Part shown: in pieces, positions 37,020 to 47,465 of the stretch
Layout of the letters: each line of letters starts with the position of its first letter
How positions within the stretch are numbered: the first letter of the stretch is position 1
Source of the DNA: Felis catus
Taxonomy: Eukaryota
Length of the DNA stretch: 64,000 nt
Direction of reading: 5' to 3'
Assembly (NCBI RefSeq): GCF_018350175.1
Contig: NC_058368.1
Location: forward strand, 167,774,001-167,838,000
Made by a program: the position numbers and the translations under genes
The notes under the pieces: model-generated
Databases searched by the model: none
Seen by the model: only the letters and a program-made list of their open reading frames with translations
Told to the model about the DNA's origin: nothing

Positions 37020-37267
37020 CTTAATTTCAATTACTACATTTGATTTCTAAAAATTCTATTTAGCTCTTTTAAGAATGTATCTGTTCATTTTTTTGATAGT
37101 TTTTTTCTTATATGTGTTTTAAATAACTTTTTTGTATCTTTAAGTGTATCAAAACTTTTTGTATTATGGACTTGAAAATTTAATATTGACCCCTTTGCAG
37201 ATGTGTGTTTTTTTTTTTTCTGTTGACTAGCAACTAGTGTTGGCTTATTTTCTGTTCTCTGTGATTT

Positions 37268-37299
37268 AAATTTTTTTTTAATGTTTATTTTTGAGAGAC

Positions 37300-37331
<32 letters not shown>

Positions 37332-37516
37332 TGTGTGTGTGTGTGTGTGAGCGGGGGAGGGGCAGAGAGAGAGAGAGAAAGACACAGAATCTGAAGCAGG
37401 CTCCAGGCTCTGAGCTGTCAGCACAGAGCCTGATGCGGGGCTCGAACTCACAAGCTGTGAGATCATGACCTGAGCTGAAGTTGGATGCTTAATCCACTGA
37501 GCCACCCAGGCGCCCC
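37268..37516 (-). mobile_element. Can-SINE with (GA)n(GT)n tract
   Basis: Full-length reverse copy ending tgagccacccaggcgcccc. Confidence 0.95.
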
Positions 37517-38097
37517 CCGCTTTTTAAAAAAAAAATTCTTTAAAATTTCTCTGTGTTTTTAGATTGTGAGTTTAAATTAGTTGCCACTCTATTGGGGGGG
37601 GGCGGTTTTAGGACTGGATTAAGGGTACCTTTCTCAAAGGATGATTTTTGTTTGCTTTTGTCAGGCAATGAGCATTCCTGTAATGAATCCTTTTAAAATG
37701 CAAATAAGCAACACAAACTATGCAAGTACTGTAGATTCAGGTACTAAACCACGTGAATGGTAGCCAGTGGCTATTAATTTTCAAGAAAACCTTAAAAAAA
37801 AACAAAACAAAATAACTCGAGACTAGCCAAGGCTGAAAACGACTATTTGCATCTTCAATTTTTGTTTTGTTTTATTTTAGTTCACTATTTGTAAAAGGAT
37901 GTTGCCTTTCAGGGATCCTGGTTTTATGTGAGGTGAACTCTTGATTTGTGTCCCAATCATCCACAGCCCCAAAGTTTTATACACATTCTCTAGGCTGCAA
38001 TGATCAGTATAGTCTCCCAGATTTTGCAAGTTTCCAAGCCTCTCTAGAGATAAAAGTTTTAGCAAGCATCACAATCACCCAGAGGATTTTCTAGAAC

Positions 38098-38265
38098 ACA
38101 GGTTGCATGGTCTTTGCCACAGTCACTCAACTCTGCTGTTGTAGCACAAGAGCAGCTACAGATAAGACATAATCAAATGTGTGTAGTTGTGTTCCAATAA
38201 AACTTTATTTACAAAAATATACATCAGGCCAGGTTTGGCCTGGGGCCATAGTTTGCTGACCCCTG
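38098..38265 (+). mobile_element. hAT-Charlie MITE (MER58A-like), partial
   Basis: actcaactctgctgttgtagcac…tgttccaataaaactttatttacaaaaa…gccatagtttgctgacccctg. Confidence 0.85.
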
Positions 38266-38357
38266 TTCTTGATGGATGTCCCTACTCTGTTCCTGGTCAC
38301 AAGGGGTTCCTTTTGCTTTCTTGCAGGCACAGCTAGTCATTTAAAAAGGTTTAAAAA

Positions 38358-38600
38358 GGGGTGTCTGGGTGGCTTAGTTCGTTTAAGCGTCCCACTCATG
38401 ATCTCAGGGTTTGTGAGTTCTAGCCCGGTGTTGGGCTATGGGTCGGGCTATGCACTAACAGTGTGGAGCCTGCTTGGGATTCTCTCTCCCTCTTTCTCTG
38501 CCCATCTCTCTCTGTCTGTCCCTCTCCCCACCTCCTCCCTTCCACACTTGTGTGCACATGTGTTTTCTCTCTCTCTCAAAATAAATGAATAAACTTAAAT
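38358..38600 (+). mobile_element. Diverged Can-SINE
   Basis: ggggtgtctgggtggcttag…gtgtggagcctgcttgggattctctctccc…ctctctcaaaataaatgaataaac. Confidence 0.88.
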
Positions 38601-38919
38601 TTTTTTCTAAAGGTAAAAGGGTTTAAAATTATTTTACTGAAAAATTTCAGAGGTTACATAGCAGAAAATCTTTCAGGATCTTCATTCTAACATATTGCCA
38701 GAAATAGAAGTCCTGCATTTAAATTTCTACTTGTTGAAAGAATTTAGGGCAAGACTTTTCTAGTGGAAACGATCTTCCCTCCCTACAAATCCAATCTCTT
38801 TAGTAGTCCGTGAAAAGTTTATGATTAGGCTTGGTTTTTCTGTAGAGGCTTTTTCTATTCTCTGCCCCTACAGAACATACTTTTCTATTTCCCTTGGCCG
38901 TCTACCTACCTACCCAGCT

Positions 38920-39290
38920 ACCTACCTTAACTTGGTTACACCCTGAACTTGCCTTGCTGTCTCATTCCTGCATGACTTTGCACATACTTTTCCATCTTCC
39001 AGGTTTGCTCTCCCTTCCTTCCCCACACTAAGTTTGTAAATTCCTGTTATTCCTTCAGCCCTCATTAGAAGTACCTCTTCTGTGAAGCTCTTCCTCTCCA
39101 AAGCTGCTACTCTGTCTCATGTGTGCCCTCTAATTATGCCTATTATTACACCTATTGTACTCCACTGCCATTGCTAGTTTTCAAGAATGTCTCCTTGCTA
39201 GGCTATGAGAAACAAGGATGGGAATAAGTCTTATTTATCTTTAAATGACCAGTGCTGGGTACATGTTTTTTACTCAATAAATTTAACTGT
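38920..39290 (+). mobile_element. LINE-2 fragment
   Basis: ctttgcacatacttttccatcttccagg…ccagtgctgggtacatg…tactcaataaatt. Confidence 0.6.
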
Positions 39291-39519
39291 TTACTTTTGA
39301 AAAATGGAATAAATGGCAAAGCAAATGAATGACTGTTTAGGGAATGGGATTTTAAACAAACCACTTGTTTAAACCCTTAAGGTTTTAATCTATCTCAGTA
39401 ATCACTGGCCAAATTAGAACCTCCTAAACCCAGTCTTGTTCATTATCCTGGTTAGTCAAACCAACATAAAGTCAGGAGTGAAACACACAAGGACGTGGAC
39501 CGCTGCATGCATCACACCC

Positions 39520-42334
39520 AACCAGCAACAGGGAGGCCATTTATTATCTCTAAAATAAAACAAAAGACAAAGTATTTTGTTTCTCTTTTATTGCAACCCA
39601 TTGCAAGGTCAAAAGATTCACGGAAATATAGAAACTACAAACTGGGTGAATTTCCTTTATCCACTCAAAAAGACATTAAAGACAAAGGACCAGAATTTTT
39701 CACTACAGCAATATATTTCATAGTCTTTATTCTGAAAATACTGTTGACATTTTGGAGAGGATACAAAGCCCTGCATTAAACGTGTTCACATATATTTATG
39801 ACATTCTAAGCAAAACAAGAAACTATATTGCCCAGAAATCATTTTAAGCCTCATTTCAAAGCATCTAATGAGAACACATTCAACAACCATCACAGGATCA
39901 CTCAAGGTGATGCTTTTTTTTTTTTTTCTGGTTGTTTTTTTGAGATTAATGCTTTGAGGCTGGATATGATGTTTCTACAGATTTCTACAAATATACCAAA
40001 GCAGTGTTCCAGGTTATGTTGCATCAGGCTTTCTGGATTAGTCAACATCTTAAAGAATAAGTGCAAGTTCCCCACCCCACCCCACCCCCAAGCTAAAGCA
40101 TGTTATAGTGCTGTATTTGAGATTCAAACAACGCAACATTATAAAAAAAATCAATTTTACACTTCTGAAACCATTTGACAAGCAAACTGTAACACTCTAA
40201 AGATGACAACTTTGAACTGAAATGGCACCATCCATATCATCAATGGCTCTCCCTTCTTTTTTTTTTTTTTAACTATTTAAAATATAGTGTGACGTATATA
40301 AAAATTAAACTTTTGCTTATTCACTCAAGCTACTATTTCTATACATACTGTCTTATAAATTAGTTTTGGATTAAAAACCAGTTAAAATATTGTGAATTAA
40401 AATATTTTTCAGTGGTGGGGAAATGAATATGAAAACGATACTATTTGATGTGCAAGATGAACTCTTTTATTAATAATAAACAGTTTTTAATCTTACACAA
40501 ATTGTATTCCTTTCAAATTAAATTAGTAATCTATCTAGTGATGGAAAAAATACCCTTGGTGCTTACTAAGTAGATTTTCTTAACTGATTGGGATTAAAAG
40601 CAAAACAATGCCACATCAGAAACATGTTGACGTAATCAAAGGAAACAATGTTTACAAAAAAGGAGTCTTTATAAATAAGTGAATAGTATTTGAATGTAAA
40701 GCTATATTTTGTTTCTTACAGCTAGTATCATTTTAGCCATATTGGGGCTTACAGAAAGTGAAACTCAAACCTTAGTATATCTGTTAAAGACCAAAAAAAA
40801 ACCAGTTATGTCCACATTGGGGGAGAATAAATAGCAAACTCACAAGTCAGGGTTTTGTATCTAGCTCTACTGTGAAAGATGATCACTCTTTAGCTTAAAA
40901 AGGCTCCCTGTGGTCTTGATTATAAATCTAGACACAGGCAAGTTTACTTGAGCCTGAGTCCCTACTATGAATTAATTGTAAAGATGTGTGAAATCAAAAC
41001 ACATATTCATTTACTTATCGATATTGTCTTAACTGAAAGCTGGCAATCTTTAAACAAAGAAATGCTTATTTCTGACAAGTGTAAACAAAATCTTAATGAA
41101 AAGACTTTCTAATTTTTCCTCTTAACTCATACATTAACCAGCAATAGATCTTTGCAGTAGCACAAGAACTATTCAAAAATAACATGCATATATCCATAAA
41201 ACCTGTTCTAAAGCTCAAAGCAAAGCAAAGAAAAAAAAGAAAAAAAGAAAGTAATAGGAAGATTGTCTACTTATATCTCACTCATTAATTTTCTATTCAT
41301 GTGACTACCTCCAAATTTCAGAAATACACGTTCATAATTACCAAAATTAACAAAAAAATAATTAAATGATCGGTAGGGTTGTTTTTAAATAACTGCGCAC
41401 TATTAATTACATTGGTGCCTTTAATGTGGAGAATGCTAAGGTTAGCTCCAAATATCATTAACATATATCTGGACCAGTTACTATCCGTGAAATAAAAGCT
41501 AACACAACGTTAACACAAAACTTCACTGAAATATTCAGGACTCAACAGAACACATTTGCAAAATAATGAATAACTTGTGAGCTGGCCAGGGGAGTTCAGA
41601 TCGTTGCCTCCATATAAAAACTTCACAGAAGGCTTAATTCTCTCTAGTCCCTACATCATCTCCAGATAGCAAGTTGACCATCTGTGGATACAGTGAGTTA
41701 GGCAGAGCCACAGTGGATGACATGTTTCCTCAGTGACCTGGAGGAAGGCCCCTGTGTCAGAAATGGTCTAGAAAGAAACTGTCCTGGAGTTGTGTACGCA
41801 CGCACGTGTGCATGTTTATGAAGGAGTGTAAGAACGTATATGTGTGTACGTGCTTGAAATTTTGCAGGGTACTGGTTTCCTGGTTTCCAATTAGTGCAAC
41901 ATCACTTCTGGTCTGGTGATCATCAGAAGTGCACGATTCTATCCCATCAAAAGGCAAGACAGTTGCATTTATTTTGGGGCGTCTTCAAGAGGCAGTAGTT
42001 AGAAGCTCAAAGTAATAGACCGATGTTTTTTTGGTTCTACAGGAAGAAAAAATTTTTAGAGAAACAAGTCTTTGAACTTAAAAACTAAAAGGTGTGTGTG
42101 GCTTTTGAAATCTTTAATTTTTAAGGAAAAAAAAAAGAACCCCAGCTCACCTGGGAACAAATAGCAATTGCGCTTATGCTATGCAGTATGCAAACAAGAC
42201 ACAAATATACACACTCGGGTACACCCGTACACGTGGAACAGTTAAAACCCTTCCAAGGGATCGCCTGCCCCAAATCTCCTGCTCCTCTCCGCCCTGCTGA
42301 CTGATCCGAGTGGACCTACGTGGGAGCAGGAGTG
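39520..42334 (-). other. FBXL17: FBXL17 3'UTR (~2.8 kb, end approximate)
   Basis: AU-rich stretch with no recognisable interspersed repeat, running from the stop codon to an AATAAA cluster with U/GU-rich downstream elements. Confidence 0.75.
39540..39592 (-). terminator. FBXL17: Distal polyadenylation signals (AATAAA at 39587-39592 and 39540-39545)
   Basis: TTTATT on + strand = AATAAA on minus. The first is followed by U-rich ctttgtcttttgttttatttt, the second by GU-rich tgttgctggttgggtgtg...ttgtgtgttt. Confidence 0.7.
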
Positions 42335-42475
42335 TTAGGAGGAGGCAGCAGACATGTTGGGGGTCCAGCCCATCTGATAGGCTCTCTCCAAGGTCCTCTT
42401 GCAGTCCTGCAGCACGGTGCTGAAGGTGATGTGGGGGTACTGCTGCACCAGCTGCTCCACTGTCACCTCATTGAC
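42335..42475 (-). CDS. FBXL17: FBXL17 last coding exon segment (46 aa + TAA)
   Basis: Encodes VNEVTVEQLVQQYPHITFSTVLQDCKRTLERAYQMGWTPNMSAASS*. Acceptor tcttctttggttgcAG (AG at 42477-42476), with a candidate branch point CTTGAC (A at 42499). The phase-0 join to the upstream exon gives ...MRCDK|VNEV... Confidence 0.96.
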   Translation of the reverse strand, partial: VNEVTVEQLVQQYPHITFSTVLQDCKRTLERAYQMGWTPNMSAASS

Positions 42476-43989
42476 CTGCAACCAAAGAAGAGCCATCGTC
42501 AAGCACAGGACGGGACGGCTGAGACCGCCCACTGCCCGTGTCCTCTGACTGACGTGCTAATGGTGGTAACAGGAACTCTCACCTCATTCCCCCTCAGCAA
42601 TGTGAGCCAGTGTTCTGTGAGAAGGTATGTGTCCCTTTTTGCCTGACCTTCCCGATTTCCTGAGTACTACATTCACCCTCAGGGATTGTTTAAAGAAGAC
42701 ATAGGATATCAAGAAATCAAATGTGTTTTCTAGAAGCATAAATGATAGCGACTTGTTGAGATCTTAACAATGCCCACTGAAAAGCTAGTGCCTGGGAGGA
42801 GAGGCAGCAGGGAGATAGCATTCTAATGTGCATTTAGCTACATCATCAACCTGACAGCTTTTTTAGGACAAAACTGTAGAGTGGTAGAGAGGATCCACAG
42901 GAATCTAGATGGAAGTGTTGGGGGAAATGTTTATTTTTCTTCCCTTTAAATGTTAAAGCATTGCAAACTTCAAGTCCCTTTGTGAAAAGGGCTGAAATGT
43001 GAGGAATCAATAATTAAAACATACATGGCTGGCAGGTCAGGGATGGCCCCAATAGACCTTAACCATCAAAGATACCACCTTGATTCTTGATTAGACAAGG
43101 CAATCAGACAGGCCTAATTAAAACTAACACCTTTACAATTGCTGTGCTGTGAAGGGATTAATTTGTCAATTATTTTTAAGCTGATTGCAGTTCATATCAC
43201 AGAAGTAGACAGCTTCCTTCATCCTTTAGATAAATAAATGATTAACCTAAGAACCACAACTTTTAGGTAGCTTTACTTAAAATCTTTATTGAACACTTGG
43301 GCATTTTCAAATGCATCAATATTTCATTTATACTGAGTAAGCTGGTCTGAAAGAAGGTGCTTATGATACATAATTTTGTGCTCCCTCTCCATGTCTGTCC
43401 ATTCTTGAAAAAGATCAGGACCACCAAGAAATGCCTAAAACAACATCAAACCCTTGCTTTTTGCTTTGAAAGCCTGCTTAGAAGTATGACGACCATGACA
43501 TTCAGTCGTCTACACTTTTCTGAGATAACATGATGTTTTCTGGGTGATTTGGAAAACTGTTATATATAATCTTTTTTTTTTTAAATTGAGAATTGATATT
43601 TCAACATTGCACTGATGATACTTAATCTGTCAGAACACCTCTCTATTCAAGACTTGCTTGTATTAAATCAACTTTCACTCCAAATTCAACCAAACCATGT
43701 AGTTAATTCTTTTTGTGATAGTTATGATGTATAACATTGTTTTCAAAAACAAGAAGAAAATTATTTAAAAAAGAAAAACTGACATACAAATTAGAGTTGA
43801 GAATATGAATTGATGGCCTTAAGAGGATTCTTATGCAACATTTTTAATTTTTTAATTTAAATTTATGATCTAAGTTTTGCTTGGGTTGAGGCAGCCTAAG
43901 ACAGTACACTTAAGAAGGCCATGCGCCATCTGGCTCTATGTATCTCGGTAGCATATTTTTGATACTCCAGTCACCTGACTTAATCCCAG

Positions 43990-44370
43990 ATGATCAAACT
44001 GTCCAAGTTCTTTCTGGCCTCAGGGTCTTTGCACATGTTATTCTCTTTACCTGGAATACTCTTTAACCCACTTCCCCCTAAAAGCCCTCTCTTCATGCCT
44101 ACTTCCTACTTACTCTTGAGTTCTTAGCTTCAGTGTCATTTCCCCAATGTCATTTCACTGCCCTATCCCTGCTCCCCCCCACCCCAAATTAGGTAAGGCT
44201 TTTAGGTTATTTACTCTTCTAACATTGCCCACTTTGTCTTCATAACACTTATAAAGTTAGTTTATAATTACTTAATTTAATATCTGTTTCTCCTGCCCCA
44301 ATGTACAATCCACAAGAGCCATGATCATTTTTGTACCCACAAGTCAGGCCTAGTTATTAGTGACAGAATG
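43990..44370 (+). mobile_element. LINE-2 fragment
   Basis: gcctcagggtctttgcacatgttattctctttacctggaatactctt. Confidence 0.6.
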
Positions 44371-44724
44371 ATAAAAAAAAATACCCAAAGGCAAGTAAGA
44401 AATGGAAACTCAAGAGCAAGGCAAAACCAGACATTAAATACTAATCACACAAAGACCAATTCCCTGAGGAACTCTTATTTGGCTCAGGAATTCCCTCCTT
44501 CAAGAAGCCTTCCCGAAGCAAGCCTATCTCCCAGAAAGGTAGGGTTAGGTACCCCCTTCTCTGTGCACCTGTGGTGGGCACCCTGCATGGTTCTTTCTTT
44601 TATTTAAGCACTCTCACTGTGTAATCATCTCTTTACTTGCCTATGGCTTCCACCTGCATAAGAAGAGCCTCTGGGGACCAGAGACTGTCTCTTACCTTTA
44701 AGGCTGTCAAGCTGTGTGCAACGT

Positions 44725-44950
44725 AGAGAAGAAAAATGGCAACTGTGGTTCATACCATGCACTTGAGAGTCAACCAGAAACAGGTTTGAACCCTCGTTTC
44801 ACTTTACTTCTTTAAGATTTAGTTTCCTCAACTATACACACAGGATAAAACTACTTAAAAGTAACAGGATTGTTGTAAGGCTTAAGTGTAATGATATGCT
44901 TAACACTGTGACTGACTTAAAAAGGTCCCCAAATGGTAGCTCTTATTATT
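44725..44950 (+). mobile_element. MIR SINE
   Basis: tttagtttcctcaactatacacacaggataaaac…aggattgttgtaaggcttaagtg…aaatggtagctcttattatt. Confidence 0.6.
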
Positions 44951-47329
44951 AGAGCAGGCACTTGGTAAATGGTTATTAGGTGCATGAGTTAATTAACGAT
45001 ACGCTAGGGTGACCGATTCTCTGTCGTGATGCTCCATATTGTTCAATTTCTGAGATATTTCAGAAGTGAACCTTGGTATCATTAGTTGTAGTGTTCAAAA
45101 TAAAATAATCATAGGGTGAGAAGTAAGCTTTAAAACATACATCATATACAGGAAGAGTCTATTCTACCTTATTGGTCTCTGGAGGTGATTCTAGAACTTT
45201 CCTTAATGGAACAGTGCAGGTTTTAAATATCTACTTTCAGAAAATCCTCCCTTTTCTTTACCTGATGTTCCCCACTTTGCTGTTAGGTTACCTTCCTCCC
45301 TTCTGTCATAAACAAACCCATAAGGATGCAGGTCTCATTAAGAAAGAACTGAAGTCATTTGGTCAGACAGGATGCATGGCAAGGGGAGAAAGTCCTGACC
45401 ACTCAGTATTCAAGGAACAATGACCAGGAAAACAGATAACAGAAAACTGAGAAGAGAAAACATTTAAACCCACTGTAAAGTTGGGCACTGTCTTCTGTGC
45501 TGCCTCTTTTCTGATCTACATGTGGGCTTGCACAAAGTCCGATACCTAGGGATTGACAGGCAATCTGTTTTGGAGGTCCAATTTTTAAACACAGAAAAAA
45601 AAATATCTCTATGTGGTAACTGTTTTGTGGGAAGAGAGATACAATTTACCTTAAGCAAACCTGATATATAAACATAAATTTATGAAGTATATAAATTAGG
45701 GGATAATTATTCACTTTGGTAAAGGCATCCACGGTCAGGTTAACTGATTTTCTCTGCCAATATTGTATATATACTTTGATTTACCAAAATTCAATTTACC
45801 TATTTCAGTTGCTTAAAGTAAGGTATACCCATAGCTGAGAATACAGAGTATCTTAGGTCTCTGGCTTTCAAAGGTTATGGGCAAGAATAGACAGTAACTT
45901 GGTTTTGTATAGTTGAATTAAACCAGCAATCCTCTGTGGATATAATATGTCTTCTAAGTAATCTTTTTGCTAACTGTGCTCTGTAAATTCTAGAAAACAA
46001 AGCAAAGGGGAAAATGCAAATATTCCATTTTAGAGCTTTGTTGGGTAGAAGCTATTCAGGGGAAATACATGTGTTCCCACTAGGGAAGTTTCTATCTTTT
46101 ACTTATAGTGTCTCCTGGCGATACAGTGTGACAAATTTTATACTAAAGTTATTTTCATTTACTCCTCAGAAGTACAAATTATGCTCACCTCTTTGTATAG
46201 AATCCATAAGCACTTTGGTGCCTTAGAGAAAAAGTTCAGCGTTAGACACCAGGAGGGTCCAAAGCATTTTAAATTGTTACGCCTACATACACATTTCTGC
46301 AGACATTTTGTCATGCACAACTCCACTTGCTAGAATGAAAGGAACAATTCTCTGTTCCAACTCATAAAATGTGTGTAATATAAAAAGGGAACATAGATTA
46401 ATTTTTTTACATTTCTCCATGATCCCTGGTTTTCTGTATTCAATTTCTTTTCCTCTTGCTGAAAACCATCAACGGCAACTCCTATATTACACTTGAGATT
46501 TGAAAAATGCAGCCTATCTTCCTAAAGAAATATGCAGTGGTGTCATTTGAAGAAATTACTGTGATTAAAGGGAAAAAAAAGTGTGTACCACAGGTTATTT
46601 TTTAAATATAAGAAAGATTGGATTTTATAGTTCTCTCCAAAGACTGCATAACCATAATTTACATTTTCAAAATTATTATAACTCTTTTCAAGGTAGTAGC
46701 AATTTGTCTGGTATTTTAATCTATTTTGAGTTAACATCTATTAGCACTTTTTGAAAATGTGAGGTAAATTGCTATGCTAATTAAGGTAAATCATACCATA
46801 GTTTCATTCTCTTCCTGTTACTACTATGGAAGGATGAGAAGAGACTCTTCGAGCTTCGGAGATTCAGTTCAAACAATTTCTCTAGACCATCACACTCATT
46901 CCTTCACCTTATCAATACTTTCCCCAGAAAGTTCCAGCTAAGTGCAAGCCCAAATCTGAAGTATCTCCCCAATGATACCTACCATTCAAAAAATGCTATT
47001 TCTGATAAAATTTTCAGAAAAAAACATTTATGTGAAGTGATTATTATTTCCTCTTTGTCTCATGTTTTAAAATAGGACACGTTTCTTGTGAGGGGGGAAA
47101 TATTTGACACCTGAGTGTATGAAACTCACATTCATGAATATAATAAACCACTTAAAATCACTTTTTAAAAAAATCATTTTTTTAAATGGAGAAAGTTTCC
47201 ACGCAAAGGTGACCACTACTGAAAATATCAATAACATTAAAATGTATTATGCTATTGCTAGACTGTGTTTCTTGACAGCAAAGAGTATTTGAGTCATCTC
47301 TTTGTTTTCAGTCCTTTGCACACTGGCTG

Positions 47330-47465
47330 GCATATTCTCGCCCCCATTCGATTATGAGCTCACGAGATAGGAGTTTTTGTTGGTTTTGTTCACTGCCACA
47401 TCTCTGGCACCTATAGAATGCCTAGCACCTAGTAACTACTCAATAAATATTTGCTGGCTAAATTA
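47330..47465 (+). mobile_element. LINE-2 (L2a-like) 3' end
   Basis: ttttgttcactgccacatctctggcacctatagaatgcctagcacctagtaactactcaataaatatttg. Confidence 0.75.

Noticed and set aside
41304..41311. let-7 seed-match string CTACCTC in the 3'UTR interval
   Set aside because: It is on the plus strand, so it is not present in the FBXL17 mRNA.
42476..42532. In-frame N-terminal extension (MGGLSRPVLCLTMALLWLQ) of the last-exon ORF
   Set aside because: Lies over the branch point and pyrimidine tract; intronic.
42320..42646. 108-aa plus-strand ORF overlapping the last FBXL17 exon
   Set aside because: Shadow ORF antisense to real coding sequence, non-ATG start, no independent support.
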